A stretch of 64,000 nt of DNA from an uncultured Enterobacteriaceae bacterium (lineage in GTDB: Bacteria; Pseudomonadota; Gammaproteobacteria; Burkholderiales; UBA3065). Both the position numbers and the translations under genes were made by a program. The DNA is taken from contig CAZGBK010000005.1 in NCBI GenBank assembly GCA_964524005.1, positions 5,615-69,614 of the forward strand, in the 5' to 3' direction. The notes below the pieces were generated by a model. The model was not told the DNA's origin. It worked only from the letters and a program-made list of their open reading frames with translations, and made no database searches. Shown piece after piece: positions 25,240-34,257 of this stretch. Each line of letters begins with the position of its first letter. Positions within the stretch are counted from its first letter, which is position 1.

Positions 25240-27156
25240 ATGCCCGTCCTGCAAGTCAGTAACGCCCACCTCGCCTACGGCGACGTCGCCCTGCTCGACC
25301 ACGCCGAGTTGGTGCTCGAGGCCGGCGAGAAGATCGCGCTCATCGGCCGCAACGGCGAGGGCAAGTCGAGCCTGATGCGCGCACTGGCTGGCATGCAGCC
25401 GCTCGACGACGGCGACGTCTGGCGGCAACCTGGTGCGGCCTTCGCTTACGTCGCGCAGGAGCCCGACTTCGCGCTCGGGGGCAGCGTATTCGACACCGTC
25501 GCTGCCGGCCTCGGTGCACAGGCGACCGCCCTCAAGGACTACCACCACTGTGTGCAGGCGGTGGCGGGCGGCGACACAACGCGGCTTGATGAAATGGCGC
25601 GGCTGCAGCAGGCGCTCGAAGACTCCGGCGGCTGGACCGTCCATCACCGCGTCGAGGCGGTGCTCGAGCGCCTGCATCTGGACGGCGATACCGACGTGTC
25701 GACACTGTCCGGCGGTGGCATCAAGCGCGTGGCCCTGGCGCGAGCGCTGGTTGGTGAACCTGACGTCCTGTTGCTCGACGAGCCGACCAACCATCTCGAC
25801 ATCGACGGCATCCTCTGGCTCGAGGGTCTGATCCGCGAGTTCCCTGGCAGCGTGGTGGTGATCACCCACGACCGCGCCTTCCTCGATGCGGTGGCGACGC
25901 GCGTGATCGAGCTCGATCGTGGCCGCCTGATGAGCTTCCCCGGCAACTTCGCCACCTACCTCGAGCGCAAGGCCGGCTGGCTGGAGAACGAGGCCAAGCA
26001 GGCCGCCGAATTCGACAAGTTCCTGGCGCAAGAGGAGGTGTGGATCCGCAAGGGTGTGGAGGCTCGGCGCACCCGCTCGGCGGGACGGGTCAAGCGGCTC
26101 GAGCAGCTGCGGGTGATGCGCGCGCAGCGCCGCGAGCGCATGGGCCAGGTGCGCATGGGGGTGGATGAGGGCGAGCAGAGCGGACGCCTGATCGCCGAGC
26201 TTGAGCGCGTGACGCTGACTTACCGCGACGACTCGGGCATCGAGAAGACCGTCATCCGCGACTTCTCGTGCCGGCTGATGCGTGGCGACCGCGTCGGCAT
26301 CATCGGACCCAACGGCGCCGGCAAGACCAGCCTGCTGCGGCTCATCCTCGGGCTGCAAGAGCCGACCCACGGACGCATCAGACGCGGCACCAAGCAGGAG
26401 GTCGCCTACTTCGACCAGTTCCGCGCCGTGCTCGACCCGGAGGCGCAGCTCACGGATGTCATCAGCCCGGGCTCTGAGTTCGTCGAGGTCAATGGCACAC
26501 GCAAGCACGTCATCGGCTATCTGGGGGACTTCTTGTTCAGCCCGCAGCGTGCGCGGTCGCCGGTCAAGAGCCTGTCTGGTGGCGAACGCAACCGTCTGCT
26601 GCTGGCGCGACTGTTCGCGCGGCCGGCCAACATCCTGGTGCTCGACGAGCCGACCAACGACCTCGACATCGAGACGCTCGAACTGCTGGAGGCGCTTCTT
26701 GCCGACTACGCCGGCACGCTGTTCCTGGTGAGCCACGACCGCGCGTTCCTCGACAACGTCGTCACCCAGGTGATCGCCGCCGATGGCGATGGTGTTTGGA
26801 AGGAGTACGTCGGCGGCTACGCCGAATGGGTGCGGCAGCGGCCGACCGTCGCTGCTGTTCAACGCGCTCCCGAGAAGTCGGGCAGCCCCCGGCCAAGCCC
26901 GAGCGCGCTGCCAGTCAACAAACCGCCATCCACCAAGCTGACCTACAAGGAGCAGCGCGAGCTCGACCAGCTGCCCGATCGCATCGCCGCGCTGGAAGCC
27001 GAGCAGGCGGCGCTGGAGACCGAACTGGCCGACCCGGCGACCTACCAGCCCGGCGCCGCCGATGTCGCGGCACTGACAGCGAGGCGCGAGGCGATCGAGA
27101 CCGAACTGCTGACGCTACTGGAACGCTGGGAGACGCTCGAACAGCGCCCACGCTAA
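25240..27156 (+). CDS. uup: ABC-F ATPase Uup
   Basis: Two ABC domains (GRNGEGKS/LSGG/DEPTN; GPNGAGKT/LSGGE/DEPTND), EEVWIRKGVEARRTR, C-terminal KLTYKEQREL coil. Confidence 0.93.
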   Translation: MPVLQVSNAHLAYGDVALLDHAELVLEAGEKIALIGRNGEGKSSLMRALAGMQPLDDGDVWRQPGAAFAYVAQEPDFALGGSVFDTVAAGLGAQATALKDYHHCVQAVAGGDTTRLDEMARLQQALEDSGGWTVHHRVEAVLERLHLDGDTDVSTLSGGGIKRVALARALVGEPDVLLLDEPTNHLDIDGILWLEGLIREFPGSVVVITHDRAFLDAVATRVIELDRGRLMSFPGNFATYLERKAGWLENEAKQAAEFDKFLAQEEVWIRKGVEARRTRSAGRVKRLEQLRVMRAQRRERMGQVRMGVDEGEQSGRLIAELERVTLTYRDDSGIEKTVIRDFSCRLMRGDRVGIIGPNGAGKTSLLRLILGLQEPTHGRIRRGTKQEVAYFDQFRAVLDPEAQLTDVISPGSEFVEVNGTRKHVIGYLGDFLFSPQRARSPVKSLSGGERNRLLLARLFARPANILVLDEPTNDLDIETLELLEALLADYAGTLFLVSHDRAFLDNVVTQVIAADGDGVWKEYVGGYAEWVRQRPTVAAVQRAPEKSGSPRPSPSALPVNKPPSTKLTYKEQRELDQLPDRIAALEAEQAALETELADPATYQPGAADVAALTARREAIETELLTLLERWETLEQRPR

Positions 27157-27208
27157 GCACACACCACGCCTACGGCGACCGGCGGCCAGCAGCACACGCC
27201 GCCAGGCG

Positions 27209-28075
27209 TCATTCGAGGTTTTGCACCTGCTCACGCACCTGCTCAATCAGCACCTTCAGCGCCATCGAGGTGTTGCTGGTGTCGGTCGCGACCGACTTCG
27301 AACCCAGGGTATTGGCCTCGCGGTTGAGCTCCTGCAGCAGGAAATCGAGTCGCTTGCCGACCACCCCACCGGCCTTCAGCAAGCGCTCCAGTTCATCGAG
27401 ATGCGTCCGCAGGCGGCCCAACTCCTCGTCGATGTCGATGCGGCTGGTGAACAGCGCGAACTCCTGCGCCAAGCGCGCCGGGTCGGCATCCACTGCCGCT
27501 TCTCGTAGACGCTCGGCGACACGGGACCGGTAGCCAGCCACCAGCTCGGGGATGCGCGGCGCCACAGTATCGACCTCGACACGCATCGCTGCGACCTTCT
27601 CCAGCATGAGCTCGGCCAGGCGGGCGCCCTCGCGGCCACGCGTGGCATCCAGCTCGTCCAGCGCGGCGGTGACCACCCACAGGACATCGCCACGCAGCGC
27701 CTCACCATCCGGCTGGGCGTCGGCCAGCACGCCTGGCCAGCGCAGCAGTTCGGCCACGGTCAGGGGCTGCGCCTGCGGCAGTCGTGTCAGCACCGTCTGC
27801 TCCCACGCGGCCAATGTCTGCAGCACGCCATCGTCCGGCTGCACCCCGGCCAGGCGATCGACGGGCGGCTGCCAGCTGATGCGCACCTCGACCTTGCCTC
27901 GGCTCAGCCGCCGGGCGACGGCCTCGCGCACGGCCGGCTCAACGCTGCGCAGCTCGTCGGGGATGCGGCAGAAGCACTCCAGAAAGCGGTGGTTGACGCT
28001 GCGCAGGTCAACGCCGATACGGCCGTTGGCAGTGTCGCGCTGGACGCTGGAGAAACCAGTCATGCTGCGGATCAT
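27209..28075 (-). CDS. yicC: YicC/YloC family endoribonuclease
   Basis: MIRSMTGF, SVNHRFLE, GKRLDFLLQELNREANTLGSK, EQVQNLE. Confidence 0.95.
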   Translation of the reverse strand: MIRSMTGFSSVQRDTANGRIGVDLRSVNHRFLECFCRIPDELRSVEPAVREAVARRLSRGKVEVRISWQPPVDRLAGVQPDDGVLQTLAAWEQTVLTRLPQAQPLTVAELLRWPGVLADAQPDGEALRGDVLWVVTAALDELDATRGREGARLAELMLEKVAAMRVEVDTVAPRIPELVAGYRSRVAERLREAAVDADPARLAQEFALFTSRIDIDEELGRLRTHLDELERLLKAGGVVGKRLDFLLQELNREANTLGSKSVATDTSNTSMALKVLIEQVREQVQNLE

Positions 28076-28422
28076 GCGGTACTCCCGGATGGGTCTGGGG
28101 GTGATGCCGGACGCGCACGGCGACCGCCACCCTGCCTGGCGGCTCGGCGGCGGCGCGCTTGTTTTGGGTCGGCCTGTAGGGGGCGGTAGATCTCGAGACG
28201 GTCACCGCTGATCAGAACACGGTCTGCCGGCACCCGCCGGCTCCACACGCCTAACACCGGTTCACCGGACTGCAACTCGGGGCAATGCTCCAACAGCCCG
28301 GAGGCGACCAGCGCCGCCCAAGCGGTGGTTCCGGCCGACAACTCCAAGGCCAGCAGGAACTGACGGTCGGGCCGCGCATACGCCAGCTCAACGGTGATCG
28401 TCCCGGCGCTACAGTCCGCCAC
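28072..28422 (-). CDS. rnfH: RnfH/RatB ubiquitin-like protein
   Basis: ITVELAYA, GDRLEIYRPLQADPKQARRRRA; GTG start inferred; follows ratA. Confidence 0.85.
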   Translation of the reverse strand: MADCSAGTITVELAYARPDRQFLLALELSAGTTAWAALVASGLLEHCPELQSGEPVLGVWSRRVPADRVLISGDRLEIYRPLQADPKQARRRRAARQGGGRRARPASPPDPSGSTA

Positions 28423-28846
28423 CGTAAACCTCGTCGGCGCGTTTCTCGAACCCATGCACGAAAGTCCCGGCGATGCGGTTGAACACCGGCCCGATGACCT
28501 TCTCCAGCAGTTTTGACGAAAACTCCCAGGATAGGCAGAGCTCCACCTTGCAAGCGGCATCACTCAGGGGCGTGAAACGCCATTCGCCCTCGAAACGCTT
28601 GAAAGGCCCGTCAACCAAAGCGATCAGCATGTGATTGGGTGATTTGGTGTTGCGGGTGTGAAAGTGCGCACGCACGCCGTGGAAATGGATGTCGATACGC
28701 GCCTCGGTGATACTGTCGCTGCGCTCCTTGAGACTGACCCCGCCGCACCAGGGCAAAAACGCCGGATAGTCCTCGACCGCGTCGACGAGGTCGAACATCT
28801 GCTGGGCGCTGTGACCCACAAGAACTGACTGAACGACCTGCGACAT
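28409..28846 (-). CDS. ratA: RatA/CoQ10 START-domain protein
   Basis: SAQQMFDLVDAVEDYPAFLPWC, LVDGPFK..GEWRF; divergent from smpB. Confidence 0.92.
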   Translation of the reverse strand: MSQVVQSVLVGHSAQQMFDLVDAVEDYPAFLPWCGGVSLKERSDSITEARIDIHFHGVRAHFHTRNTKSPNHMLIALVDGPFKRFEGEWRFTPLSDAACKVELCLSWEFSSKLLEKVIGPVFNRIAGTFVHGFEKRADEVYGGGL

Positions 28847-28888
28847 CCGCCCGCCTGCGCGTAAAATCGCGATTTTACAGGGAAGCCC

Positions 28889-29347
28889 GTGAGCATCGTC
28901 GACAACCGCAAGGCCTGGCACGACTACTTCATCGAAGAGAAGGTCGAGGCCGGGCTCGCCCTCGAAGGCTGGGAGGCCAAGGCCATCCGTGCCGGGCGGG
29001 TGCAGCTCAAGGAGGCCTACGTCGTCGTCAAGGGCGCCGAGGTGTGGCTGATCGGCTGTCACATCACGCCGCTGACGACCGCCTCGACGCATATCCGACC
29101 CGACCCGACCCGCAGTCGCAAGTGCCTGCTGCACAGCGAGGAGATCGCGCGTCTGATCGGCAAGGTCGAGCGGGCTGGCTATGCGCTGGTGCCGCTCGAT
29201 CTGCACTATAGCCGTGGGCGGATCAAGCTCGAGGTCGGACTGGCACGCGGCAAGAAACAACACGACAAGCGTGAAGCCGAAAAAGAGCGCGAGTGGCAAC
29301 GCGACCGTCAGCGCCTGATGCGCCAAGATCAAAAGCGCGGGGCCTGA
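28889..29347 (+). CDS. smpB: SsrA-binding protein
   Basis: [32 protein letters not shown]. Confidence 0.97.
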   Translation: MSIVDNRKAWHDYFIEEKVEAGLALEGWEAKAIRAGRVQLKEAYVVVKGAEVWLIGCHITPLTTASTHIRPDPTRSRKCLLHSEEIARLIGKVERAGYALVPLDLHYSRGRIKLEVGLARGKKQHDKREAEKEREWQRDRQRLMRQDQKRGA

Positions 29348-29348
29348 A

Positions 29349-30455
29349 TTGCGGGTCGCTGGCAGAGATATCCGCAGTATCTGGCGCGACGGCGATGCGG
29401 TGGCGTGTATCGACCAGACCTGCCTGCCACACCGGCTCCAGGTCGTGCGCCTCGACAGCACGGCGGATATGGCGCGAGCCATCGTCAGCATGCAGGTGCG
29501 CGGTGCGCCTTTGATCGGTGCGGCCGCGGCTTACGGGGTGGCGCTGGCCGTGCAACACGACCCGAGCGACACCGGCCTGGCGGCGGCATGCGCGACGCTT
29601 GGCGCCACTCGGCCGACAGCGGTCAACCTGCACTGGGCGCTGCAGCGCATGCGCGAGGCACTCGCACCGCTGCCGCCCGCCGACCGCGCCGACGCTGCCT
29701 GGACTGCCGCCGAGGCCATCGCCGACGCCGACGTCGCCTGCAATGCGAGCATCGGCCAACATGGGCTGGCCCTGCTGCGTCGCTTGCCACCACGCGGCAG
29801 CCGCCTCAACCTGCTGACCCACTGCAATGCCGGCTGGTTGGCGACGGTGGACGGCGGCACTGCGCTGGCGCCGATCTACGCCGCCCACGATGCGGGCATC
29901 GACCTGCACGTATGGGTCGACGAGACGCGGCCGCGCAACCAGGGAGCGGCGCTGACCGCCTGGGAGCTCGGCCAGCATGGGGTGCCGCACACGATCATCG
30001 CCGACAACGCCGGCGGCCACCTGATGCAGCGTGGCGAGGTCGACGCGGTGATCGTCGGCGCCGACCGCATCACCGCCCATGGCGATGTCGCCAACAAGAT
30101 CGGTACCTACCTGAAAGCGCTCGCCGCCCACGACAACGGCGTACCGATGTGGGTCGCGGCGCCGCGCTCGACTATCGACTGCGGCCTCGCCGAAAGCAGC
30201 GGCATTCCCATCGAGGCGCGTGACCCCGACGAACTGCACTGGATCGACGGGGTCGATGCGCAAGGGACACCTTGTCGCGTGCGGCTGACGCCAGCTGGCA
30301 GTGCCGGGCACAATCCAGCCTTTGATGTGACGCCCGCCAGGCTGATCAGCGCCCTGATCACCGAGGTCGGCGTGGCCGAAGCCAGCCGCGCGGGCATCGC
30401 CGGTCTGTTCGCCAGCGACCACCTCCACCCCACCCCAACGAGCACAGCACCATGA
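29349..30455 (+). CDS. mtnA: Methylthioribose-1-phosphate isomerase
   Basis: IDQTCLPH, MQVRGAPLIG, RPTAVNL, THCNAGWLAT, DETRPRNQG, NKIGTY, NPAFDVTP; TTG start. Confidence 0.93.
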   Translation: MRVAGRDIRSIWRDGDAVACIDQTCLPHRLQVVRLDSTADMARAIVSMQVRGAPLIGAAAAYGVALAVQHDPSDTGLAAACATLGATRPTAVNLHWALQRMREALAPLPPADRADAAWTAAEAIADADVACNASIGQHGLALLRRLPPRGSRLNLLTHCNAGWLATVDGGTALAPIYAAHDAGIDLHVWVDETRPRNQGAALTAWELGQHGVPHTIIADNAGGHLMQRGEVDAVIVGADRITAHGDVANKIGTYLKALAAHDNGVPMWVAAPRSTIDCGLAESSGIPIEARDPDELHWIDGVDAQGTPCRVRLTPAGSAGHNPAFDVTPARLISALITEVGVAEASRAGIAGLFASDHLHPTPTSTAP

Positions 30456-31108
30456 ACCCAGCCGAGACTTCCGCCCTCCTCCGCCAGGCGCTGATCGACC
30501 TGATGCAGGGCTTGGTGGCGCGCGGCATCAATCGGGGTGCCAGCGGCAATGCCAGCGTGCGCCATGGCCACGGCATGCTGATCACCCCGTCGGCGCTGCT
30601 CCCCGATGCGCTCACCCCCGAGAGCCTGGTCGCGGTCGACATGGACGGGAGCTATGACAACCCACTCAAACCATCGAGCGAATGGCGCATCCATCGCGAC
30701 ATCTACGCCGCCCGACCGGACCTGCAGGCTATCGTCCATACCCACTCGACGCACGCCGTGACGCTGGCCTGCCTGCGCGAGGACTTGCCGCCGGTGCATT
30801 ACATGATCGCCATGGCCGGCGGACGCGATATCCGCTGTGCCGGCTACGCGACCTTCGGCACCGAGCGCCTCAGCCGCCTCGCGGTGCGGGCGCTGGAGGG
30901 GCGCAAGGCCTGCCTGCTGGCCAACCACGGCCTGCTCGCCTGCGGCGGTAACTTGGCCGAAGCGGCGACCCTGGCCGAGGAGGTCGAGCATCTGTGCGAG
31001 GTCTACCTGAAGGCGCGCGCCGCCGGCACACCGGTATTGCTCTCTGACGACGACATCGCCGAGGTGATGGAGCGCTTCGAGCGCTACCGTCGCGGCCAGC
31101 TCGACTGA
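30452..31108 (+). CDS. Class II aldolase (FucA/Ald2-like; probable methylthio-/5-deoxy-ribulose-1-phosphate aldolase)
   Basis: SGNAS, ITPS, PSSEWRIH, HTHS, HYMIA, LANHG; 4-bp overlap with mtnA. Confidence 0.85.
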   Translation: MNPAETSALLRQALIDLMQGLVARGINRGASGNASVRHGHGMLITPSALLPDALTPESLVAVDMDGSYDNPLKPSSEWRIHRDIYAARPDLQAIVHTHSTHAVTLACLREDLPPVHYMIAMAGGRDIRCAGYATFGTERLSRLAVRALEGRKACLLANHGLLACGGNLAEAATLAEEVEHLCEVYLKARAAGTPVLLSDDDIAEVMERFERYRRGQLD

Positions 31109-31232
31109 ACCGCGAGCGATAGCCCTAGGCAAGTGCTTCCAGAATAAGCCCGCTTGACCTAAGTCAGATGACAGACTTGCGCCGTCCGGGGGGCAGCGTA
31201 GAATCGCTCCATCCTACAACCGGAAGATCCTG

Positions 31233-32405
31233 ATGCTGCATGGTTTGATCGAACTCCCTTGGTGGGGCTACATCGTTGTCGCCCTGGCCCTCACCCACAT
31301 CACCATCGCCGCCGTCACCATCTACCTGCACCGCCACTCGGCGCACCGCGCGCTCGACCTGCACCCGGTCCCGGCACATTTCTTCCGCTTCTGGCTGTGG
31401 CTCACCACCTCGATGGGCACCCAGCAGTGGACCGCCGTCCACCGCAAACACCACGCCCGCTGCGAAACCGCAGACGACCCGCACAGCCCGCAAGTCCTTG
31501 GTATCAACAAGGTTCTGTGGGAGGGCGCTGAGCTTTATTCGGCGGCCAAAAACGACCGCGAGATGCTCGAGACCTTTGGTCGTGGCTGCCCGGACGACTG
31601 GATCGAGCGCAAGCTTTACCAGCCGCACCAGAACAAGGGCATCGTCCTGATGCTACTGATCGACCTGCTGCTGTTCGGCCCGATCGGTATGACCATCTGG
31701 GCGGTGCAGATGATCTGGATCCCCCTGTTCGCCGCCGGCGTCATCAACGGCATCGGTCACTACTGGGGTTACCGCAACTTCCAGAGCGACGACGCCAGCA
31801 CCAACATCGTGCCCTGGGGCATCCTGATCGGCGGCGAGGAGCTTCACAACAACCACCACGCCTTCGCCAGTTCGGCACGTCTGTCGAACCGCTGGTACGA
31901 ATTCGACATCGGCTGGCTGTACATCCGCATCCTCGAGACCCTGGGTTTGGCCACGGTGAAGAAAGTGGCTCCGCGCCTGAAGACCGGTGAGGCCAAGGCC
32001 ACCTGCGACAGCGCGACGCTGCAGGCCATCATCACCCACCGCTCGACGGTCCTGAAGCAGTTCACCACCGATATCAAGGCGACTTGCGCAGCCGAACTGG
32101 CGCGTCTGCGCGCCCAGCACCCGGGCCCGGCGATCCGCTGGAGTACATTGCGCCGCTGGCTGCACCTGGACAAAGCCGCTCTACCCGCCGCCGAGCAGGA
32201 GCGCGTCAGTTCGCAGCTGCGTGCCAGCACAGTGATCGAGACCGTTCGCAGCATGCGCCAAGAGCTCGCCGAACTGTGGGCCCGCTCGAACGACAGCACC
32301 GAGCAGCTGGTGCAGCGTTTGAACGACTGGTGCCAGCGTGCCGAAGCCAGCGGCGTCGAGGCTCTGGCGACATTCTCGCGACGCTTGCGCAGCTACGCCG
32401 TCTGA
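31233..32405 (+). CDS. desA: DesA-type fatty acid desaturase with C-terminal helical tail
   Basis: His boxes HRHSAH, HRKHH, EELHNNHH; WYEFDIGW. Confidence 0.88.
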   Translation: MLHGLIELPWWGYIVVALALTHITIAAVTIYLHRHSAHRALDLHPVPAHFFRFWLWLTTSMGTQQWTAVHRKHHARCETADDPHSPQVLGINKVLWEGAELYSAAKNDREMLETFGRGCPDDWIERKLYQPHQNKGIVLMLLIDLLLFGPIGMTIWAVQMIWIPLFAAGVINGIGHYWGYRNFQSDDASTNIVPWGILIGGEELHNNHHAFASSARLSNRWYEFDIGWLYIRILETLGLATVKKVAPRLKTGEAKATCDSATLQAIITHRSTVLKQFTTDIKATCAAELARLRAQHPGPAIRWSTLRRWLHLDKAALPAAEQERVSSQLRASTVIETVRSMRQELAELWARSNDSTEQLVQRLNDWCQRAEASGVEALATFSRRLRSYAV

Positions 32406-32448
32406 GCGTCTGAGGCACCCAGCGCTCAGCGCTATCCCGGCGAACGAC

Positions 32449-32476
32449 AACGGCCCCTCACGGGGCCGTTTGCTTT
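32449..32476. terminator. Terminator hairpin between convergent genes
   Basis: AACGGCCCC-TCAC-GGGGCCGTT followed by TGCTTT. Confidence 0.65.
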
Positions 32477-32489
32477 GTGGCAGACGCGC

Positions 32490-32912
32490 TTACTCGACGC
32501 GGATGCGCACCACCGGAGAAGCCACCGGTGGATCATGCGGCACATGCGCAAAGTCGCCCAACAGGAGCTGGAGTGTGTGCTCGCCAGGCGGCAGGCTCAG
32601 CTCGGTTTCGGTCTGGCCTTTGCCAAAATGCACATGTCGCTCGTCGGCGGGGATCGGCTGACCAGCCGCCGGTAGCGGCGCATTGATGATCAGGTGGTGG
32701 TGACCCGTTCCAGCGATATCGACCCCCGCCGGCGCCACCCCCATCCCGCGCAGGCCAAAGCGCACGGTGAATGGCGAGCGCACAGTGGCGCCATCCTGCG
32801 GCGAGATGATGTAGGCCTCGGCGGCGAAGGCTCCACCAGAAGCAGCGAGCGTCGGTACAACAAGCAGGGCAGCGGATAGGCAAGTGGCGGCAAGGGCTCG
32901 GATGCGGGGCAT
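32490..32912 (-). CDS. DUF4399 domain exported protein
   Basis: Signal peptide; YIISPQDGATV..FGLRGMGVAPAG..TGHHHL..HFGKGQTE..GEHTLQLLLGD..H. Confidence 0.85.
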   Translation of the reverse strand: MPRIRALAATCLSAALLVVPTLAASGGAFAAEAYIISPQDGATVRSPFTVRFGLRGMGVAPAGVDIAGTGHHHLIINAPLPAAGQPIPADERHVHFGKGQTETELSLPPGEHTLQLLLGDFAHVPHDPPVASPVVRIRVE

Positions 32913-32968
32913 GGGTGTGTCTCCAAAGGTCACGACCTGGCCGGATGGCAGGCCAACACCAGCTTGGT

Positions 32969-33802
32969 CTAGCGAATGAAGGACCAGTTCTTGTAGAAGA
33001 TGTGGTTGACGCGGATCAGCACACCACCCAGCGCATCGACCAAACGCGCCATCAGCTGAGGAAACAGACCCGGACGCACAATATCGACAAAGGCGCAGTA
33101 GCGCGGCGCATCGGTCTCGTTGAAAGACTGATGCATCAGCGTGTCATCAAAGATGAACATCTTCTGGTCACGCCAGACGTTCTTGTGGCGACCGACCTCG
33201 ATCCAGGCTTGGTCGCTCTGTACATCGTTCAGGTTGTAGAGCACCCGCAAGGTCATGCGCAGTGGCCCAAAGTGGCGGTTGGTCGACTTCTTGCGATTGA
33301 ACACCGACACGCCAATGGTTCGCACCAGCGGGTAGTCACCCCGGAACCGGGGAATGTCGATCGGGCCGTCGATATTCTGGCCGTACCATTTGAAGAACAA
33401 CATCTCGCGGGCGCCGTCGCCCAACCGCTGCTCGATCTTGCCAACCAGGTCCTCGTCCTTCATCTGTTGGATCAAGTCGCGGACCTCGGCCTGGTGCGCC
33501 GGCGGCAAATCGGCCAGCTGGTAGACACCCTTGTTCCAGTAAGGCAAGGACACGATGTCCATAAGGATGTTGAAGGGCGCCAGCAGCCAGGTGAACATGC
33601 CGCGCCCGAAGAAATACTGATAGACGGTGTAGCCATCGAGGCGGCTGTTGCGCGCGACGTCGTATAGACCGCAAAGCACGTAAAACAGCGCAACACCCGG
33701 CAGCAACCAAGCGATCACGGCATAGATGACGAGTCGCACGGCGATACGGCGGAGGTTCTTGCCGCTCAAGGCAAATGGGTTGTCAGGTTTGGCTGTGTTC
33801 AT
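32969..33802 (-). CDS. Aspartyl/asparaginyl beta-hydroxylase family Fe(II)/2OG dioxygenase (LpxO-like, membrane anchored)
   Basis: N-terminal TM; HFGPLRMTLR, FIFDDTLMHQSFN, RYCAFVDIVRP. Confidence 0.8.
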   Translation of the reverse strand: MNTAKPDNPFALSGKNLRRIAVRLVIYAVIAWLLPGVALFYVLCGLYDVARNSRLDGYTVYQYFFGRGMFTWLLAPFNILMDIVSLPYWNKGVYQLADLPPAHQAEVRDLIQQMKDEDLVGKIEQRLGDGAREMLFFKWYGQNIDGPIDIPRFRGDYPLVRTIGVSVFNRKKSTNRHFGPLRMTLRVLYNLNDVQSDQAWIEVGRHKNVWRDQKMFIFDDTLMHQSFNETDAPRYCAFVDIVRPGLFPQLMARLVDALGGVLIRVNHIFYKNWSFIR

Positions 33803-33911
33803 TGGAACTCCCCGGTCAGTTGAGGCAAGGTTGGCGCGGACGGTAGCGGCTGTCGGCGCCGCGGGCAAGACGGGTGGGTCCGGCGAGCAGACGAGCGCGC
33901 TGGTCGCTGGC

Positions 33912-34238
33912 CTAGCCTGGCCCGCCGACCGTCTTGTTGACAAAGACCGCGCGCTCGACCGGCGTGACCCAGACCAAGCCATCGCCGATCTGCCCGGTAC
34001 TGGCCGACCGCACGATGCAGTCGACGATCGGATCGGCCAGTTCGTCGGCACAGACGATCTCGAGGCGGACCTTCTCGGTGTAGTCAGACAGGGCATGGCG
34101 CACATCGGGCTGTCCACCCGAGCGCCCAAAGCCCTCGACGCGGGTCACTGTCATGCCCGGAAAGCCCGGCACGTCGCGCAGGGCGTCGCGTAACTTGGCG
34201 AGTTTACCGGGGCGAATGACAGCGCGAATCTCTTTCAT
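33912..34238 (-). CDS. PII-family signal transduction protein (efflux-associated)
   Basis: MKEIRAVIRP, GMTVTRVEGFGR, STGQIGDGLVWV. Confidence 0.9.
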   Translation of the reverse strand: MKEIRAVIRPGKLAKLRDALRDVPGFPGMTVTRVEGFGRSGGQPDVRHALSDYTEKVRLEIVCADELADPIVDCIVRSASTGQIGDGLVWVTPVERAVFVNKTVGGPG

Positions 34239-34257
34239 GCAAGGTCTCCAGTAAACA

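Noticed and set aside
28847-31232. tmRNA (ssrA) or an integrated element next to smpB
   Set aside because: mtnA begins immediately after smpB; no tmRNA-like ends, integrase or att repeat seen.
31980-32405. Desaturase C-terminal helical tail sometimes labelled transposase-like
   Set aside because: In frame with the desaturase, normal for this DesA subfamily; no DDE motif or inverted repeats.
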